A program made the position numbers and the translations under genes. 64,000 nt of DNA from Heptranchias perlo (taxonomy: Eukaryota). The stretch is from positions 14,322,001 through 14,386,000 of the forward strand of contig NC_090346.1 in assembly GCF_035084215.1 (NCBI RefSeq), given 5' to 3'. The notes below the pieces were generated by a model. That model had not been told where the DNA came from. It did no database searches and was given only the letters and a program-made list of their open reading frames with translations. This document shows, one piece after another, positions 27,036 through 39,923 of the stretch (the stretch's first letter is position 1; the number at the start of each line of letters is the position of its first letter).

Positions 27036-27144
27036 CCTCCCTCTCCTGTTACTGGCTTGCTGTTCTCTGGTTTGGCAATGCAATATAACGCTTTTTCAAG
27101 TAAGTGTTCACGGAAAGCCTGAGTCACCTGAGCCAAAGGATCAA
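27036..27144 (-). CDS. SREBF1: SREBF1 exon 13
   Basis: [27 protein letters not shown]...GEG; 109 nt. Confidence 0.94.
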
Positions 27145-27461
27145 CTAGAAAAGAAAAATAGTTTCCATTACACATTTAATAACACAAGCGGTGGCTGATA
27201 CTTCAGGGATAGTGGGTAGGTTAGCATGTTCTTGCTGCTGATCATTGTGGACAAAGCTTCAATCACCCCTCCTAATCTCCCCCTCCCTGCCGATCGTTCC
27301 TTTTGTATTTATATTTTCTCTATAAGGGACCTGGAGTCATTTTCTTTGTTAATGCCGCTATATAAATGCAAGTTGCTGTTGTAACTGGGACAAATCTGGC
27401 ATTTCCAGGGCTGCATATTTGTCCTTACTTCTTTCACTCAAGTCTTAATTCCGTCATTCCT

Positions 27462-30400
27462 TTTTTTTTAAATTTGTTCATGGGATTTGAACATCGCTGG
27501 CAAGGCCAGCATTTATTGCCTATGAGGAGGTGGTAGTGGGCTGCCTTCTTGAACCGCTGCAGTCCATGTGGTGAAGGTTCTTCCACAGTGCTGTTAGGTA
27601 GGGAGTTCCAGGATTTTGACCCAGCGACGAAGAAGGAACGGTGATATATTTCCAAGTCGGGATGGTGTGTGACTTGGAGGGGAACGTTCAGGTGCTGTTG
27701 TTTCCTTTTGCCCGCTGCCCTTGTCCTTCTAGGTGGTAGAGGCCGCGGGTTTGGGAGATGCTGTCGAAGAAGCCTTGGCGAGTTGCTGCAGCGCATCCTG
27801 TAGATGGTACACACTGCAGCCACGGTGCACCAGTGGTGAAGGGAGTGAATGTTTAGGGTGGTGGATGGGGTGCCAATCAAGCGGGCTGCTTTGTCCTGGA
27901 TGGTATCGAGCTTCTTGAGTGTTGTTGGAGTTGCACTCATCCAGGCAAGTGGAGAGTATTCTATCATACTCCTGACTTGTGCCTTGTAGATGGTAGAAAG
28001 GCTTTGGGGAGTTAGGAAGTGAGTCACTCGCCGCAGAATACACAGCCTCTGACCTGCTCTTATAGCCACAGTATTTATGTGGCTGGTCCAATTAAGTTTC
28101 TGGTCAATGGTGACTCCCAGGATGTTGATGGTGGGGGATTCGGTGATGGTAATGCCGTTGAATGTCATGGGGAGGTGGTTAGACTCTCTCTTGTTGGAGA
28201 TGGTTATTGCCTGGCACTTGTCTGGCGTGAATATTACTTGCCACTTACCAGCTCAAGCCTGGATGTTGTCCAGGTCTTGCTGCATGCGGGCATGGATTGC
28301 TTCCGAGGGGTTGCGAATGGAACTGAACACTGCACAATCAGCAGCGAACATCACCATTTCTGACCTTATGTTGGAGGGAAGGTCATTGATGAAGCAGCTG
28401 AAGATGGTTGGGCCTAGGATACTGCCCTGAGGAACTCCTGCAGCAATGTCCTGGGGCTGAGATGATTAGCCTCCAACAACCACGACCATCTTCCTTTGTG
28501 CTAGGTATGACTCCAGCCACTGGAGAGTTTTCCCCCCGATTCTCATTGACTTCAATTTTGCTAGGGCTCCTTGGTGCCACACTCGGTCAAATGCTGCCTT
28601 GATGTCAAGGGCAGTCACTCTCATCTCACCTCTGGAATTCAGCTCTTTTGACCATGTTTGGACCAAAGTTGTAATGAGGTCTGGAGCCGAGTGGTCCTGG
28701 CGGAACCCAAACTGAGCATCGGTGAGCAGGTTATTGGTGAATAAGTGCCGCTTGATAGCACTGGGCAATTTTCCACATTGTCGGGTAGATGCCAGTGTTG
28801 TAGCTGCACTGGAACAGTTTGGCTAGAGGCGCGGTTAGTTCTAGAGCACAAGTCTTCCGCACTACAGCGTGAGATATTGTCGGGGCCCATAGCCTTTGTT
28901 GTATCCAGTGCACTCAGCCGTTTCTTGATATCACGGGGAGTGAATCGAATTGGCTGAAGACTGGCTTCTGTGATGGTGGGGATATCGGGAGGAGGCCAAG
29001 ATGCATCATCCACTCGGCAGCACTGAAGATGGTTGCAAACGCTCCAGCCTTGTCTTTTGCACTCACATGCTGGACTCTGCCATCATTGAGGATGGGGATG
29101 TTTACAGAGCCTCCTCCTCCTGTTAGTTGTTTAACTGTCCACCACCATTCACGACTGGATGAGGCAGGGCTGCAGAGCTTTGATCTGATCCGTTGGTTGT
29201 GGAATCGCTTAGCTCGGTCTATGGCATGTTGCTTCCGCTGTTTAGCATGCAAGTCGTCCTGTGTTGTAGCTTCACCAGGTTGGCACTTCATTTTTAGGTA
29301 CACCTGGTGCTGCTCCTGGCATGCTCTTCTACACTCCTCACTGAACCAGGTTGATCCCCTGGCTTGTTGGTAATGGTAGAGTGAGGAATATGCCAGGCCA
29401 TGAGGTTACAGATTGTGCTGGAATACAATTCTGTTGCTGCTGATGGCCCACAGTGCATCATGGATGCCCAGTTTTGAGCTGCTAGATCTGTTCTGAATCT
29501 ATCCCATTTAGCACAGTGGTAGGGACTTTGTCTCCACGAGGACTGTGCGGTGGTCACTCCTACCAATACTGTCATGGACAGATTGGTGAGGACGAGGTCA
29601 AGTAGGTTTTTCCCTCATGTCGGTTCGCTTACCACCTGCCGCAGGCCTACTCTGGCAGCCATGTCCTTCAGGACTCGGCCAGCTTGGTCAGTAGTGGTGC
29701 TACCGAGCCACTCTTGGTGATAGTGACATTGAAGTCCCCCACCCAGAGTACATTCTGTGCCCTTGCTACCCTCAGTGCTTCCTCCAAGTGGTGCTCAACA
29801 TGGAGGAGGAATGATTAATCAGCTGAGGGAGGACGGTAGGTAGTAATCAGCAGGCGGTTTCCTTGTCCATGTTTGACCTGATGCCATGAGATTTCATGGG
29901 GTCCAGAGTCAATGTTGAGGACTCCCAGGGCCACTCCCTCCTGACTGTATATCACTGTACCGCCACCTCTGGTGGGTCTGTCTTGCAAGTGGGACAGGAC
30001 ATACCCAGGGATGGTGATGCAAGAGTCTGGGACGTTGGCTGAAAGGTATGATTCTGTGAGTATGGCAATGTCAGGCTGTTGCTTGACTAGTCTGTGGGAC
30101 AGCTCTCCCAATTTTGGCACAAGTCCCCAGATGTTACGGAGGAGGACTTTGCAGGGTTGACTGGGCTTGGTTTGCCTTTGTCGTGTCCGGTGCCTAGTGG
30201 TCCGATGTCAGGTGGTCCGTCCGGTTTTATTCTTAAAAAGACTTTTTGTAGCGAGGTTGTACAACTGAGTAGCTTGCTCGGCCATTTCAGAAGGCGATTA
30301 AGAATCAACCACATTACTGTGGGTCTGGAGTCACATATAGGCCAGATCAGGTAAGGATGGCAGGTTTCCTTCCTAAAGGGCATTAGTGAACCAGATGGTT

Positions 30401-30577
30401 TTTACAACAATCTGGTAGTTACTGATACTAATTTTTTTTATTCCAGATTTTTTTATTTAATGAATTGAATTTAAATTCCCCAGCTGCCATAGCGGGATTT
30501 GAACTCATGACTCCGGCTTATTAGTCCAGGCCTCTGGATTACTATTCCAGTAACATTACCACTATGCTACCATACCC
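27462..30577 (-). mobile_element. Near full-length degenerate LINE (APE endonuclease + RT, CR1/L2 group) with a tRNA-like 5' head
   Basis: APE remnants (PKLGELSHRLVKQQPDIAILTESYL, ITTYRPPS) and RT remnants (QFGFRQ, ALDIKAAFDRVWH) with frameshifts. A box TAGCATAGTGG (30559-30569) and B box GAGTTCAAATCC (30495-30506) at the 5' end. Confidence 0.88.
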
Positions 30578-30928
30578 TCTCTGTCACCAAATTGAACAAG
30601 ATGATATGGCGGAATGTTTGATTTTGTTACTTACAATCGTAAGTAAGCAGTACTTGTGAGCCACTATACAAACATCGAGAAATACAAAGCTCCCCCCTCC
30701 CCTCCCCGTGGCTCAGTTGGTAAATGTGCTGTCCAGTATGGGACTAAACCGTGCAGACCAGGATGATCACAAGTCTGCGCTAATTTAAACAGGTGCTACA
30801 GTTGGGATCAGCAGCTCTGGTCTAGGGAAGGAGATGGGGAGAAAGGAAAAACAAAAATTCAACTAGGTTTCCTGTTTCAGTGAGCTCTGCTGGTGTGTGC
30901 ATGTGTGTGTGCGCTAACATCAGGGGAG

Positions 30929-31144
30929 TCATGATGTGGAGATGCCGGTGATGGACTGGGGTTGACAATTGTAAACAATTTTACAACACCAAGTTATAGT
31001 CCAGCAATTTTATTTTAAATTCACAAGCTTTCGGAGGCTACCTCCTTCCACATCGTTCACCTGAGGAAGGAGGTAGCCTCCGAAAGCTTGTGAATTTAAA
31101 ATAAAATTGCTGGACTATAACTTGGTGTTGTAAAATTGTTTACA
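30929..31144. mobile_element. Penelope-like foldback insertion with hammerhead (31056-31094) and 13-bp TSD
   Basis: 80-bp inverted arms at 30970-31049 and 31065-31144. AACATCAGGGGAG is duplicated at 30916-30928 and 31145-31157. Confidence 0.88.
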
Positions 31145-31421
31145 AACATCAGGGGAGGCTAGGATCCTGCTCAGCTGTGATACCCTTCACACCTGAATAG
31201 CCTGCCGTCACTCATTGTTGAGGCGCACATAAGAATGGCCACTTGGAAGGTTGCTGGTGCCTGTAGCACCTCTGGACCTTCAGGAAAGGAAGGACCAGGG
31301 AGAAAAAAAAAGTAACGTACAAATAACTAAGCTCCAAGTGCCATTATGCTTACTCCTGTCCCATGACTCACGGTGTTACACTTTCAATCACACTCGGTTG
31401 TTTCGCCAACCAAATCGTTAC

Positions 31422-31590
31422 CTGGGTTTCCAGTAACACTGTAACTGCTGTCTTTTGGGGCACTTTTTACAGTCCAGTCTCCATCGACAAAGAATCTATG
31501 GCCCAGAGGGTGGCACAGCCATTTCATTGCTGGTGGTATGGTACCACTTTGAGACAGGCAGATCTGCCTGGCACTGCTCAGGAAGAAACG
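31422..31590 (-). CDS. SREBF1: SREBF1 exon 12
   Basis: [39 protein letters not shown]...YSVTGNP; 169 nt. Confidence 0.95.
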
Positions 31591-33626
31591 CTGCGATAGA
31601 ATGGTAAATACAAACTTTAAAAACAGGAAAGAATAATAACCTCCCTAAATGCCACTGAATGAGGTTTGAATAAAATACTGAATTGTCCCATCTGTACTGA
31701 GTTAGTTGATCTCAGGCAGACAGTAACAAGGGGAAATCAGTCAAGGTTCCTGCTCCTGATCGCTATCCCGCAACATGTGTGTTCAGGGTGAGGGTAAGTC
31801 AGGCCTCAGCTGTGCTGCTTTACCCCCCCACCTTGGTTGAATAGCCTCTTGGCACTCCCCCTTTAGGCTCACTCATGAAGTGCTAGTGCCCTTAGAACTG
31901 TACCCCAGTATACATCAGTGCCTTCAGCAGGGACACTAGAAGATTTAAAATGTTGAATTACACAAGAAGCTCGCATGCACTTAATGCACCTCTCCAATTT
32001 AGACTCCAACACTGTAAATTAGCAGGGAGCATTTGATGAGGAGTGGAACATTCCTATCTCTCTGAAGTTATGATCATTTCTTTAACCACTTTGCTGGAGG
32101 TCTCTACCGGGAACCATTTACTGCATTCCTCTGCCACAGAGTCACTTGTTGCAGAGCGGAGGGATGTACTATTTAATTCCCCACTTTCTGCTGAGTTCAT
32201 GAACTCAGTTACACTAACCAGGGAGGAGATAGAATTGGATCTTCACTGGGCCATTCTTGCAAGTCCCATGACATCTATCCATTGGCAGGATTGGTCAAAA
32301 TCTGGGAGCAGGTCTCCTCACCACTCAACCACAGCAGGTGGGCTTGTGAGGGGAAAATACAGGTGTGTAAGGGGGTTGAATAGCTGTACACCTAATAGAT
32401 ATACCAGAGAAAATGAGAGCTTCCATTTCTAATAGATAAATCTGTTGGGCTAGTCAGAAATATTAACCAACAGGTAAGAAAGCTCAACTATTTCCTGCAA
32501 ATAAAACAGAACCTTCACCATCACAATGTATGCCGTGAAGTGCACACTGGCTCCCTCAGCTGGATAGCAACAGTACAGCAATGACAGCTGTACCAGGAAA
32601 CAGATGTGGGCTGTGTGAGGAAGTATCATTTTCTCTCAGTCAGGCAGGTTATTCGTGCGGCCTTGCTATCATTTCGATTTACTTTCCTAATTTGCTGCAC
32701 TGTAGCTCATACCTATTTTCTCCACATTTGCTGTGTTTTTCTGTGCATGTATGGGAGCCCATGTGTTAATTAATGCATGTAATTGAGAAAAGATGTTCAT
32801 TTATTCAGTGCCTTATAATGTCTCAGAATCATCTCAAGACGCTTTACATACAATGAATTACTCAAGTGCAGTGGCTGCTCTTGTGTATGTATGTGTGGCA
32901 AGCATTAATGATGATGATTAAAGCACAGTACAGCAGTCGTGTTCAGATTTTATATTTTAAGATTACTTTGCACACTTATCTTTTGAATGCCATTTGCATG
33001 TTGTTTAGCATTTGAAAGAAAAAGACAGGTTAATGTTCGGGTGGAACCCTTCATAAGAAATGGTCAGCCATGGACTCGAGAAAGGTCACTGTCTCTTTAC
33101 CTGCAATGTCATTGAAGCAAATATGCTCAGTTCCAACCCGCTCCTCCTCCCCCATAAATCAGTACAAAAAGTCCAATATTTACTTGAAACCACTAATTAT
33201 CATTAGAAAAAAAATTAAAGGATGAAAAAAGTCTCCAGTCCCCCAACTCTATCATAGCATCCAGTTGCATTCTGAACATGCTAATATTTTTGTCTCCTTT
33301 ATCTTCCCAGGCAGATTACTTTTGAGTAAAGCAGCTCTTCCAAATAGAAGATTTAAATTTCCTTTCCAATAATTTAAAGTTTTGCCCTCTGGCCCTAATC
33401 TCCTCTTACTTTAAAGTCATATATTTTCATTTTTCCCCATCTACCATTTAAGAGTTTGCATTTTGCAGAGGTTCCCTCTTAACTGCCTTCTTCCTCTCTC
33501 AACTGCCCAGGCTGTAAAGCGTCTCCAATCTTTTGTCAAAGCTCATCCCCTTTGCACTCGAGATCAGTCCAGCTGCTCCTTTCTGGTGCCCCAGCTGAAC
33601 AGTTACTCCAAGGGGGTAAATTCATC

Positions 33627-33765
33627 AGTTCTGATGAAAGGTCATTGACTTGAAACATTAACTCAGTTTCTCTATCCACAGATGCTGCCTGACCTGCTGA
33701 TCGTTTTCCAGCATTTTCTATTTTTATTTCACATTTCCAGCAGCCGGAGTATTTTGCTTTTGATT
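33627..33765 (+). mobile_element. Second Penelope-like family remnant starting with a hammerhead-like motif (33627-33663)
   Basis: AGTT-CTGATGA-A-AGGTCA(T)TGACTT-GAAA-CATT-AACT. Confidence 0.55.
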
Positions 33766-34488
33766 TACTCCAATGGATTTACTTTGCACTGTGTGGTAGA
33801 CATAGCGCAATGAGGGAGTGCTGCTGCTAAGCTCCTTTTTCTTTCTATACATCTACTTCACTCCTTTCTCTATTTCCCCCCCCCCTTCCCCATTCTCTCA
33901 TCTTTCCCTTTCATTATCCGCTTGCTCCTATTCCTTCCAGGTGTGCTTTTCCTGATGTCCTTGCCCCTCACTTTTGACAGCACTGGTGGGGCAGGTTGTA
34001 GACTTATTTTCAAATCTGTAGTGCGAGGTGTCTGCTTTATTTCCAATTTTTTTCCCTTCCTCTCCTGAAGGCATTGATTCTATGGTTCTTTCTTGACTGT
34101 CGTTCTGTGAACCACGGCAGCCTTTCAGTCACTCGCCCATGTGGGCCACCCGTTCACGTGAGCCTAGACAGTGTCAACATGCTGACTATGGGGGGCATCA
34201 CAGGTCAAATGCAATCCCGTTCTCATCCGTCATATCCCGCGCACAAACAGGGCAGCAGGGATCATTGCTCAGCAAACAGAAGCAGGAAGCGAGAATCAGG
34301 GCTGATTTTTCTTTTTTCTAGGCCAGTGATGATGCTCTGGCTCAAGTCAGCGAACACAGTACCCACCAGGAATCAAACCAGGGGCTTTCAGTTTATTGCT
34401 TTTAAATCTTCAATATAGATTTTTTAAAAACTCCAACAAGCTTGGGTTAGAGGAAAGAAAAACGCCTGATTATCTAGCTGCTACTCAC

Positions 34489-34655
34489 GGTCATGAAGTG
34501 GAGCCTCCTGTGCAGGCTGGTTTTGATGCGGATTGCTGCCGCCACATATATCTCCGCCATGGTAGCAACAGAGACAGCATCTCCGGCACTTTCGGCAAGG
34601 TTCACCGCACTCAGCGCCATGTTAATAGCAGACAAGTGGCTGCCTCCCAGTTTGC
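34489..34655 (-). CDS. SREBF1: SREBF1 exon 11
   Basis: [55 protein letters not shown]; 167 nt. Confidence 0.95.
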
Positions 34656-34724
34656 CTAAAAGTTATGGGAAACAAGACAGCCATTAACAAATCCACGTGC
34701 ACGCTCTTCACTGAATGAGGTAAT

Positions 34725-35110
34725 ACATTTGTATTAAAACGTAGTAAAACATCCCAAGGTGCTTCACAGGAGCATTATCAATAGAATTTGACACCGAGCC
34801 ACATAAAGAGATACTAGAACAGATGACCAAAAGCTTGGTCAAAGAAGTAGGTTTTAAGGAGCGACTTAAAGGAGGTGAACGAGGTAGAGAGGTGGAGAAG
34901 TTTAGTGGAGGAATTCCAGAGCTTAGGGCCTAGGCAGCTGAAGGCATGGCCGTCAACGGTGGGGCAATGGAAATCGGAGACGCACAAGAAGCCAAAATTA
35001 GAGGAGCTCAGAGATCTCGGAGGGTTGCAGGGCTAGAGGAGGATACAGAGATAGGGAGGGGCGAGGACATTTGAAAACAAGGATGAGAATTTTTAAATCG
35101 AGGTGTTGCC
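34725..35110 (-). mobile_element. L2-type LINE 3' end fragment
   Basis: Homologous to 10838-11165. Confidence 0.6.
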
Positions 35111-35442
35111 AGAAAATACAGGGATGAAGGCTCCAGTTAATTCAAGCAGGTGGTTTGGAGTGACAGGCAGGCCCTCCAAATCAATGCTGTGCTCCGGAGG
35201 CAAGTGTACTGGCACTCAAATTATTAATCTGTTGCAGACACCTCATCGCTCACCAATAAAGCCACAGTAGCTGGCAATCAGTGGATTATCTGCTACCTTT
35301 CCAAATGTAATACTAGGGCCTTAAGAAGAGTTTAATTTCTGCTCTCCTCTCTTGAAGGCAGTGGTTCATGCTGGGGTGCAGTTCTGCAGGTGCTGATCAC
35401 CCTCTGGTACATGTCCTCACTCTCCATGTGCAAGTCTAGACA

Positions 35443-35780
35443 TGATGCGGAGGTGCCGGTGATGGACTGGGGTGGACAAATGTAAGGATTCGCACAACAC
35501 CAGGTTATAATCGAACAGCTTTATTTGAAATCACAAGCTTTCGGAGCTTTGCTCCTTCGTCAGGTGACTAAGTATATTCCATATCCAAGCCATTTGCTTT
35601 GTAAGAAAGTTTTTCCTCATGTCACCTTTGGTGCTTTTGCCAATCACCTTAAATCTATGTCCTCTGGTCCTTGACCCTTCCGACAATGGGAACTCACCTG
35701 ACGAAGGAGCAAAGCTCCGAAAGCTTGTGATTTCAAATAAAGCCGTTGGACTATAACCTGGTGTTGTGCGAATCCTTACA
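35443..35780. mobile_element. Penelope-like foldback insertion: two inverted hammerhead-bearing arms around a CR1 fragment
   Basis: 87-bp inverted arms at 35481-35567 and 35694-35780. TSD CAAGTCT[A/G]GACA at 35431-35442 and 35781-35792. Confidence 0.88.
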
Positions 35781-36451
35781 CAAGTCTGGACAGTGAGCAT
35801 TGACAGGCTATTTATCGTTGTGCGAGCCACTGGTTGCCGTGTATCCTATATTACAACAGTAAATACACTACAAAAAGTACTTCACTGGCTGTGAAGCACT
35901 TAAGGACGCCTTCAAGTCTTGAAAGGTGCTATAGAAATGCTAGTTCTTACTTTCACAACTGAACCCAAACTGGTCCTCACTTGACGGCCATACACATGTG
36001 CATTATCTAGCTGAGATCACTGGACAGCAAACACGAGTGGGAACCCTAGCCCTCCTCACTTCCACTTTACTGAGGCCAGCTGTAGCACCGCTGCTGCTAT
36101 TCTAACCGGGACCAGCGAACTCAGCACAAACCAGGGACTGAACCTGGCATCGTCCGGATATGCGCGACTCTCTAGCGCAGGAGCAGTGCCATTATCAGCT
36201 GAACCAGCTCAGTTGTGACGTTATCTAGCATCTTGTGAAAGGATGCAGCAGGCAGTGAGGCAAACCAGCTGTCAGATCAATTCTTTCCTCTCGTGTTGCT
36301 CTGAACTACTGAAGCAGTCTGGTTGTCAGAATGATTGCAGCACCAACTGAAGAGACTAATCTGGTGCAACACTGTGTTTGCTTTGGTTACTGCACACACA
36401 ATGCAAATGGCACCATTCCAAAAGGCTTTCAATTTTGCACGGAACACACAC

Positions 36452-36713
36452 CAGTCATGTGGAGCTGCTGCAGCTTGTGATAGACCAGCGCCGCATCTCT
36501 GGTGCTCTTCCACATGTCGTCCTTCAGCTCCTTGTCTCGCCTGAAGCCTCCGGCCCGTGCTGCGAACCAGCGCCCAACCCACAGCCGCTGTAGAATGTGC
36601 CGGATGACGTTCCACATCAGACTACAGGCAAAGTCCAAGTTAGATGTAGGCAGAGGGCGTCCCAATGCCTTCAAACAGGTCCAGAGATTCTGGGAAGCTT
36701 GAGCAAAATCTCC
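36452..36713 (-). CDS. SREBF1: SREBF1 exon 10
   Basis: [49 protein letters not shown]...[16 protein letters not shown]; 262 nt. Confidence 0.96.
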
Positions 36714-36877
36714 CTGACAAAAAAATAAGATCAATGATAAAAACAGAGTGTTATTTTTCCATTCAGACTTCAAAACATTACGTCCCTTTTTAAAAAAGAA
36801 ATCCCCAATTTCCTCTCCTTCGCAACTGAAACCTCTGAATTCCACTGGCGTGCCGTTCCCTCCCAGTGCACATTCTT

Positions 36878-38750
36878 CATAGAATCACAGAAAGATTACA
36901 GAATGGAAGGAGGCCATTCGGCCCAACGAGTCCGCGCCGGATCTATGCAAGAGCAATCCAGCTAGTCCCACTCCCCCGCCCTATCCCTGTAACCCTGCAA
37001 GTTTTTTCCTTTCAAGTACTCATCCAGTTCCATTTTGAAGGCCATGATTGAATCTGCCTCCGCCAACCCCGCGAGCAGTATATTCCATATCCGAGCTATT
37101 CGCTTTGTAAAAAAGTTTTTCCTCATGTCACCTTTGGTTCTTTTGCCAATCACCTTAAATCTACGTCCTCTAGTCCTTGACCCTTCCGAGAATGGGAACA
37201 GTTTCTCTCTATTTGCTCTGTCTAGGCCCTTCATGATTTTGAATACCTCTATCAAATCTCCTCGCAACGGTCTCTGTTCCAAGAACCACCCCAGCTTCTC
37301 CAGTCTATCCACATAACTAAAGCCCCTCATCACTGGAATCATTGTACTAAATCTCTTCTGCACCCTCTCTAAGGCCTTCACGTCTTTCCTAAAGGGCAGT
37401 GCCCAGAACTGGACACAATACTCCAGTTGTGGCCGAACCACTGTTTTATAAAAGGTCCATCATGACTTCCATACTTTTTTACTCTATGCCTCTATGTATA
37501 AAGCCCAGGATCCCGTATGCTTTTTTAACCACTTTCTCAACCTGCCCTGCCACCTTCAACTATTTGTGCACATATACCCCCAGATCTCTCTGATCCTGCA
37601 CCCCTTTTAGAGTTGTGCCCTCTAGCTTATACTGCCTCTCCTCGTTCTTCCAACCAAAATGTATCACTTCGCATTTTTCTGCATTAAAAATTCATCTGCC
37701 ATGTGTCCGCCCGTACCACCAGCCCGTCTATATGCTCTTGAAGTCTATCACTATCCTCCTCACTGTTCACTACCCTTCCAAGTTTGTGTCATCTGCAAAT
37801 TTTGCAATTGTGCCCTGTACACCCTAGAACCAGCAATGCCTCCTTCCTCGTTGGGCCGGAAACGTACAGGTTAAGAAAGTTATCCTGAACACATTTCAAA
37901 AATTCCTCCCCCTCTTTTCCCCTGACATTATTATTATCCCAGTCTATATTAGGATCGTTGATGTCCCCAGTTATCACTACTCTATAGCTTTTGCACCTCT
38001 CTCTAATTTCCCTGCAAATTTGCTCCTCTATATCCTTCCCACTAGTTGGTGGCCTATAGAATACACCCAGTAGTGTAATGGCACCTCTTATTTCTTAACT
38101 CTAACCAAATATATTCTGTCCTTGAACCCTCCGAGACATCCTCTCTCTCCAGTACTGCAATATTCTCCTTAATCAATACTGCCACCAACCCCCTTCCTTT
38201 CTTTCCTTCACACCTTGAATCCAGAAATGTTTATACCCAATCCTGCCCTTTTTTGAACCAGGTCTCCGTTATCGCCACTACTATTGCACCTGCAGCTCAC
38301 CAACCTTGTTTACCACGTTTCGTGCGTTTACATACATGCACTGCAAACCAGTCTTAGACTTTCTTGTACTCTCTCTTAGTCTGATCCCACCTAATACTGT
38401 ACTATTACTTGCTCTAGTTCTATCTTTCTCCTCCGATCCTTTGTGCCCCTTGTTTCTCCGTTCCAATGCTACATCCTGGATCCCATCCCCCTGCCAAATT
38501 AGATTAAACCTCTCCCCGTAGCACTCGTGAACCTCCCCGCGAGGACATTGGTTCCAGCTCCGTTGAGGTGCAACCCGTCCGGCCTGTACAGGTCGCACCT
38601 TCCCCAGAACTGGTCCCAATGCCCCTGGAATCTAAAGCCCTCCCTCCTGCACCATCTCTCCAACCACGCATTCATCTGCTCCCCTATTTCTATACTCACT
38701 AGCGTGTGACACCCAGAGTAATCCGGAGAGTACTACCTTTGAGGTCCTGC
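36878..38750 (-). mobile_element. CR1 LINE with internal deletion (ORF1 esterase remnant, APE start, RT C-terminus, 3' UTR)
   Basis: ORF1 SGNH-like GHWDQFWGRCDLYRPDGLHLNGAGT; APE remnants LQCMYVNARNVVNK and GDINDPNIDW; jump near 37820 to VRPQLEYCVQFW. Confidence 0.9.
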
Positions 38751-39741
38751 TTCTTACCCTCATGCATGACCTGAGACAGCAAGTGTCGGCAGGCTAACGG
38801 TGCATAAATGGCATTGCAGCCAACGTTCCGGCCTCGCTCTGCACCAGCACTCAACTTTTCCAGCATACGAAATTCTGGACTGAGATCAAGAGCAGAAACC
38901 CCAGCTGATTTTCTCTCTATAGACCAGGGGTGCTGAGGCCCACTGTTGTATCTTACAGACCTTTATTTCTGACTGAAACGCAAATTATTTGGCTCAGCAC
39001 TATAAGTCTTAACTGGAATTACTTTACAACGTAGGTCAAATGATTTAGAACCTAAACACCAAGAAAAAGACAGCAAAATAAAAGACTGATCACAATTAAG
39101 TTTGTAACTCTGCATGGGAGATGCCTGTAGAGTCATGGATCAATGGATAGGGAGGCCTTATAACGAAAAGAATAGCATAGTGGGTTTTCTGGATTGCAAT
39201 ACATAGAGAGAAATACATACCATCAGTTTAAGTGCAACATGTCATGCCTTTAATATGCCCACTATTAACTTGTTTTCTCAGACCTGGGTAGAACTATTCT
39301 GTAGGTAAGAGAGATACTAAGGCCATAACTGGGACACATCCAAGCAGAAAAGAACTCCACGTGCAAATCTCGTGCTTCTGGTCTGGCCCGGCCTGGGGTA
39401 AATTAGCTGCTGAAAATTTCTGAAATGGTTCAAGACAGGAATTTGTCACAGAATCAGAAAAGGAAGATACTGCTCGTAGCATTAAGCGATGATAAATTTA
39501 CACCCCAGGAGATGAACCGGGTATGGCCGGGAACTAAATGAAGTAGAGGGGATAGAGCGGATTTCCAAAAATTTCAACCTCGTTCCAGTGAAAAGAAACA
39601 AGTGGAAGGCTCAGGCTTTACATCGCGCGGTGAATGCTAAATCTGTATTTGCCTCAACCCTGTATGTTTAAGCAATTTCACCATAAAAAAGGGGCACATC
39701 AAACCTAAACCTTTTGCTTATCCAGGGTAAATCATCCTTAC

Positions 39742-39923
39742 CCTTGCCAGGTCCAGATCAGCCTGCTTGCGATGCCTCCAAAACAGGACTGATGATTCGG
39801 AGTGCAGCCTAGTGACAGGTTCACCATAAACAAAGATCTTACTAAATACGAGCAGAACAATTATTCCATTAATTAACCAGAGGATCAATGTTGGCCAGAC
39901 CCAAGCAAACCAGCTGGAAGAAT
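39742..39923 (-). CDS. SREBF1: SREBF1 exon 9 (TM2)
   Basis: [60 protein letters not shown]; 182 nt. Confidence 0.95.

Noticed and set aside
33025-33064. Minus-strand hammerhead-like remnant (CTTATGAAGGGTTCCACCCGAACATT)
   Set aside because: Both core boxes are mutated; at best an inactive PLE relic.
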